Origin: Octopus sinensis
Lineage: Eukaryota
DNA: 30,426 nt
NCBI RefSeq assembly: GCF_006345805.1
Contig: NW_021832621.1
Coordinates: forward strand, 1 to 30,426
Reading direction: 5' to 3'
The notes beneath the pieces were generated by a model. That model saw nothing but the letters and a program-made list of their open reading frames with translations. It made no database searches and was not told where the DNA came from. Below are positions 24,985 through 30,426 of the stretch, one piece after another; position 1 is the stretch's first letter; each line of letters opens with the position of its first letter. A program made the position numbers and the translations under genes.

Positions 24985-25374
24985 TCAAGCGCATCTCGCG
25001 GAACTGATTGCAAAGGCGTTGCCGCGGAAAATGGCCAGTGATACTTGCTGTAGCAGTAAATACTTCGCGGGGTTCGTTTCTCAGATGGGCCTCAGTTATT
25101 CCGATTTCGTGGAAGAAATCGGTTGTACGAAGTTCGAAGACACCTGAGGTCTCGATGGCAATCGGCACAAACTCATAGCGGTCGGTCAGGCTCCTGTATT
25201 GGTTTATTGTAATCTTCTCTACATTACGAGCGGAGGTACCGAAAATTGCAGCCGAAGCAGCAAGGCTGGAACCAGAAAACGTGTCGTAAAATGTCAGTCC
25301 CATATTTGGATCTGCTTCCCTCCTATGGGAAGAAGTTTATTCCATCGGGGCGCTTACCATCACCGCGGTCAAGA
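24985..25374 (-). mobile_element. CRE-like non-LTR retrotransposon 3' fragment (restriction-like endonuclease)
   Basis: Minus translation across frameshifts: LDRGDGKRPDG...DTF...YEFVPIAIETSGVF...LLQQVSLAIFRGNAFAI, matching the RLE motifs of early-branching (CRE/R2-type) elements. Confidence 0.82.
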
Positions 25375-25376
25375 TA

Positions 25377-25691
25377 TAATGTTTCCCACAAAACTCATGG
25401 AAAAAAAAAAAAAATTCTCCAGTTGCGACGGGAAACGAGAAAAAAATTAAAACATTAAAACGCCTGATGTCAAATAAGTCAGCGTCGAATGAGCAACACT
25501 GAACGAGCGGCACGTCTCGTACTCAATATTTTCACATTTATCACCATTAAACTCTCCCGGGATTCGAACTTATGGAATAAAATTTCACGACTGAATGACA
25601 CAAACACATTTAAATCAATAATTTCCTGTAGCTAACACATATTAGTAAATAGAATTATTGTTTTTTTCCATGAGTTTTATCGGAAACATTA
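25377..25691. mobile_element. 315-bp MITE with about 42-bp imperfect TIRs and TA duplication (Tc1/mariner-type)
   Basis: Left TA|TAATGTTTCCCACAAAACTCATGGAAAAAAA; right TTTTTTTCCATGAGTTTTATCGGAAACATTA|TA. Two mismatches in the outer 31 bp. No coding capacity. Confidence 0.82.
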
Positions 25692-26009
25692 TATCGAAGA
25701 CGGTTGAGAGGGAGTGACGGTAGCTCCACGGCGTCACTCACTCGTTAGATATTGATAGGGAAACAAGCAGACGACTTCATAATGGATCTAATTTCCAGAA
25801 GAAATATGACGGTTTCAAAATGGACATTTATTTCTGCATCGTCTGTCAATTGTGAAGACATAAAAATATGTTATAATCTATAATTCTAGTGCAGGGGCAA
25901 TTGTGTTAAATATATTGTCGAATCGTCCAGACGATCATACTATAACCGTGGTAATGTATGCTCTACACCACACACGCCGACACTCACAAACACACGCACG
26001 AACACACGC

Positions 26010-26012
26010 ACG

Positions 26013-26092
<80 letters not shown>

Positions 26093-26162
26093 GGTTGATG
26101 AGTGTATGTGTGCATAAATGTATATGAATATTTCAATATATGCATACGTACTGTATATATGC

Positions 26163-26202
<40 letters not shown>

Positions 26203-26549
26203 ATATGTATGTATAAAGTATATACATATAGACATTGTGTATGTATGCCAACAAAATATTTAGATACAGGTGTAGTATTGCTGATCTAACTATTTGTCTG
26301 TCTGTCTGTCTGTCTATCTATCGATCGATCTATCTGTCTGTCTGTATGTACGTATGTATGTACGTATGCATGTATGTATGTATGTATGTATGTATGTATG
26401 TATGTATGTATGTATGTATGTATGTATGTATGTATGTATATATTCTATCTGTCTGTCTGTGTATACATTTATCTATCTGTCTGTTTGTCTGTCTGTGTGT
26501 CTATCTATATATATATTAATCTGTCTGTCTATTTGTCTGCCTGTGTATG

Positions 26550-26586
<37 letters not shown>

Positions 26587-26592
26587 ATCTAT

Positions 26593-26672
<80 letters not shown>

Positions 26673-26696
26673 ATATATATTTAGATAGATAGATAA

Positions 26697-26760
<64 letters not shown>

Positions 26761-27210
26761 CTGTTGAGCCTGCACTAGCTTCATCCGACCTTTCAACAGG
26801 TCTTGTTTTTTAATCCTGCTGGGTTTCTAGCAAACCTCAGCACCAGCATAGCCTAGTGGGGGTGTCGGTTTAGTAAGGTCACTTATGAGGTTCTCATAAA
26901 TGTTACTGGTAATATGGAGTCCAGTACAACCTGTTGCATGGTCGGGTTGTCGGCGACCAAACCGACGTACTATAATATACATACATACATACATACATAC
27001 ATACATACATACATACATACATACATACTACATACATACATACATACATACATACATACATACATGTATATTTGCAATCATACATGCATACATACGTATA
27101 TACGTACATACATACGTATATACGTACATACATACATACGTATATACGAACATACATACATATACACATACATATACGTATACACACATGCATATCTGTA
27201 TGAATATTTG
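26010..27210. repeat. Cluster of (CA)n, (TA)n, (TATG)n, (TCTT)n, (CTAT)n, (AGAT)n and (TACA)n microsatellites
   Basis: Direct inspection; includes a short unique stretch at about 26760-26970. Confidence 0.93.
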
Positions 27211-27507
27211 AGAAAATGATTTTCTTAAATAATAAATGGTTAATTACGTTTAGAAAATTTAAATAGTTTAGATTTTTATATAATTAAAAACTTTTATTTC
27301 AAGAAAATCTGTTTTTTAATGTTATGACATTAAAAAATGTTATAAATGTATACGTGCATTATTTGTGTGTTTGTGTGTGCGTATGTATGTATGCATGTAT
27401 ATATGTGTGTGCGTTCATATATGTATGTATATATGTATGTGTATCTATGTGTATGTGTGCATGTGTGTGTATGTGAGCATAGATGTGCGTGTGAGTAGTG
27501 CATATGC

Positions 27508-27669
27508 GTGTACGACGGAGTTCAGAGCATTGTTCGACTGGCAAAGTTGTTCCCAACTCAGGTTTTAAGTAGAAGACACTTGCTCAAAGTGCCACGCATT
27601 GGAATCGAACCTGGAACCAAATGCTTGCGCTTAGAACTTTCAAACGACCACATATTCCTCTGCACTTAT
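27508..27669 (-). mobile_element. Degenerate family A SINE 5' part
   Basis: agtagaagacacttgctcaaagtgccacgc...gaacctggaacca matches 11383-11435. Confidence 0.65.
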
Positions 27670-27994
27670 GGCTGAACACAAAAAAAAAAAACATCCCATT
27701 TAACCAGAGCAAATAACAGTCCAGCTGCCAATTCTTTTTGGAATTGAGTTGAGAAAATAATGTTATCTGTTGGCTGTAACGAAATGTTTTAACGGAACAT
27801 ATTTATATATATATATGTATATATATATTTGAAGACAGAATATATGTGGATAAATATCTATCTATGTAATATATCTAACGATTTCAAAATATCCATTCGT
27901 GTTAAGGCTGAAAATTGTCCATCAGCCTTGTTAAATGCACTAAAAAAACTGACCATTTGGAAAATTAGCTTTTTCAATCAGAGTTAGTTGGAAC

Positions 27995-28950
27995 TATATA
28001 TAGTTCAAATTTACAGAAAACCCAAGACGAAGACAGGTGTAGGAACAACAAGCAGGTGTATTGTTTTAACGCTCGAGAAGAATGGAAGAGTCTTTTAGTT
28101 TTTGAGCCTACGCTCTTCGACAGAAAGGACTGTGAGGAAAAAAAAACAGAGAAAGAATGAAATAAACGGAGAGAAACAAATGGCCCGCCGATGGTTCCCG
28201 GGAAGGGTTGTGTGGATAATGGTGAGGGGATATCCACTTAGGCTGAAGTGCCGAGCCTTGGGTTGAGACTGGGTCTCAATTTCATGTTTGTAATTGAAGC
28301 CGGCGTAGAGGGAAGAGGTGGGGTTAGGTGATGGATAGGTTGGTGTGGATAGGGCGACAGGAGGAGAGGTTAAGGTAAGTATGTGAGTCAGTGTGTTTGT
28401 GGTGGGTAGAGGTGCTGAGAGCAGAGTGATGTATCTTAACAGAAATGTTGAGAAATTCGACGGAAGAATTAGAGACAGTACAGGAGAACTCGAGGGCAGA
28501 ATGGAAAGATTGGACGAAGGAGGGGAAGTAGACAAGATGTTCGCTGGTGAGTGAGGTTGCGCTGATACAGTCATCGATATAGCTACCGTATATGTTGGGT
28601 GTGGAACAAGTGAATTGTGAGAATTATCGGGCATCAACAAAGCCAACGAACAGATTCGCATATTTGGGTCCCATTCTCGTTCCCTTGGCCACTCCCTATA
28701 AATATTGGTAAAACTTCCCCGTGAACGAGAAGCTTTTGAGTGAGAGGACTAGTTCGGCCAAAGGAAAAAGTGTGGAAGTATCGGGCTGAGGGTCTAGTTG
28801 AAGGTCAAGAAAGTGTTTTAGTGCACGAAGGCCTTCGTTGTGGGGACAGAAGGTAAGGAGAAAGAGTTAAACAGACGGAGTGCGTGATTGGTGTCGTGAA
28901 TATGTGAGGAGAGGGATGTCTAATAGTGTAGGCATGGCTTTGAAGTTAAG
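27995..28950 (-). mobile_element. Second, different Penelope-like element: RT fragment (about 28950-28230) plus 3' terminal repeat (about 28190-27995)
   Basis: Minus translation HIHDTNHAL...PHNEGLRALKHFL...LAELVL...GVAKGTRMGPKYANLFVG...YIDDCI...EFLNISV...HTDSHTYL is a typical PLE reverse transcriptase with in-frame stops. No endonuclease seen. Confidence 0.88.
28088..28130 (-). ncRNA. Degenerate minimal hammerhead-ribozyme-like motif
   Basis: Minus strand reads GUCCUUU CUGUCGA A GAGC-GUAG-GCUC AAAAACU AAAAGAC. Stem II is intact; GAAACGU is mutated. Confidence 0.42.
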
Positions 28951-29374
28951 AAGTTCGCTTTACAAGCACGTGGTTTCGGATTTAAACCTAATGTGCAGAG
29001 AATTCCGCTAGAGGGAATTGTCTTCCACTATATCCTCGGTCCGGCCGACCATTGCATTGTGGGTGCATCTGATAGACGCAAACTATACACATACATATAT
29101 ACATCTGTATGCATGTCGTTATTCAGTTTATTTCAAGATTTCTTGAAAATAGAGAATGAACCGGTTACTAACCTAGATCCAAGGCTCCATACACACTCAC
29201 ACACATATATGAACAACAGTTCCAATGGTAATCCGAGTGGAATATTGGTAGAATGGTTCAGGAGAGTTGGCAAAGGTACGAGAATGCAGGAAACAAGAAG
29301 AGGGTCCAAGAGGGAAGAAAGTCCAGTCTATCAGGATCAAACTGGGGTGGCCACGTCAACGTATATTTCATATG

Positions 29375-29590
29375 GTTCAAAATTTATACAACAGAAAATA
29401 AGCAAACAAAAAAACAAAAAACAAAACAAAACAGAAGACAGAGACAGGTGAACACCAAACAAGGTGTATTAGTCTGACGCTCAGGAGAAGTAGAAGAAGT
29501 CCTTGACGTTTCGAGCCTATGAGCTTTGACAGAAAGGAATGAGGAAAAAAAGAATTGGTGAGATGGGAAAGAAACGGAGAGAAAAGAAAA
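29375..29590 (-). mobile_element. Second copy of the PLE terminal-repeat-like sequence
   Basis: Colinear with 28005-28190 (agacaggtg...ggtgtatt...acgctc...gagccta...gacagaaagga), roughly 70% identity by eye. Confidence 0.7.
29499..29540 (-). ncRNA. Degenerate minimal hammerhead-ribozyme-like motif
   Basis: Minus strand reads UUCCUUU CUGUCAA AGCUCAUAGGCUC GAAACGUC AAGGA, the type I minimal layout with palindromic ACGU stem III. The core deviates from CUGANGA. Confidence 0.5.
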
Positions 29591-29639
29591 CCTGTCTGGA
29601 TTAACGGTTACACATGTGTTTGTGTGTGTGTGTGTGTGT

Positions 29640-29685
<46 letters not shown>

Positions 29686-29958
29686 AACCTATTCCAGAAT
29701 AAAAATACAAACAGAAAGAAAGGGAAGAGAGAATTGGAAGAATATAGACACTACATGATGTAGATATGTCTATTGTTTTATCAATGGCTCTGGTAACTCC
29801 ACCATTTGTAATATTTATCGTTCACAGTGCATAGAGAGCCTGACCAACAATCAGTAACATTCCAAGATATTATCCATATATCATATCGTCGTGTACAATA
29901 CTTTATTTTGAACCAACATTAAGAAACATAGAGAAAATAGAGAAAATACGTTACTCAC

Positions 29959-30150
29959 CTCAGCTGTAAAATATTGGCCACTAATGGTATGTTCTGAGCC
30001 ACTAGAATCTAGGGTACCGAAATGTATCTTCAGTTGGGACACTCTATATCGATAGGATATTGGACCGGTTAGTATTGATATACAATTGGACTTTGATTCC
30101 AGTAAATTCAAAGTAACATCTCGACCCGTGTTTAAGACAATACCATCCAC
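29959..30150 (-). CDS. CA10: Carbonic anhydrase-related protein (CA10/CARP X-like), internal exon A, 192 nt, phase 0-0
   Basis: Pyrimidine tract and AG acceptor (ttctatttaag|GTG), donor GAG|gtgagt. Encodes VDGIVLNTGRDVTLNLLESKSNCISILTGPISYRYRVSQLKIHFGTLDSSGSEHTISGQYFTAE, matching the alpha-CA motifs NTGR, xHFG, GSEH(T) and AE. Symbol means CA10-like; orthology not tested. Confidence 0.93.
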
Positions 30151-30426
30151 CTTAAATAGAAAGAAAAGAAGAGTGAAGACAATAAGATAGGACAAGATAT
30201 CAAATAGCAGGAGTAGACATCTTCAATAATATTGCGAATAGCATGTTTATGAATCTGAAGTATATATATATATATATATACAACCATACATACAAACATA
30301 TATACATACAAACATACATACATACGTACATACATGCATACATACATACATATGTATATATATATTTTTATTTATATATTTATACATATAGACATAGCAG
30401 CTATATATATATACATCGATACTATA

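Overview
Eukaryotic, AT-rich, microsatellite-saturated genomic DNA. The SINE families and simple-repeat density look like an Octopus genome (inferred from recognition, not verified by search). The whole window lies inside one minus-strand gene encoding an alpha-carbonic-anhydrase-related protein (CA10/CA11, CARP X-like). Four internal exons with GT/AG boundaries splice in frame: 30150-29959 (192 nt), 23640-23545 (96 nt), 11618-11552 (67 nt) and 8870-8716 (155 nt), giving 170 codons. The 5' and 3' exons lie outside the window. The introns (6.3, 11.9, 2.7 and >8.7 kb) hold two decayed Penelope-like elements with hammerhead-like motifs, an L1/Tx1 fragment, a CRE-like fragment split by a TA-flanked MITE, about 15 tRNA-derived SINE copies or fragments from three families, a 43-bp minisatellite derived from a SINE head, several fold-back structures and an unidentified decayed reading frame. 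Nearly all ORFs in the supplied track are simple-repeat artefacts, and two real exons are missing from it. Repeat boundaries were placed by eye and are approximate.
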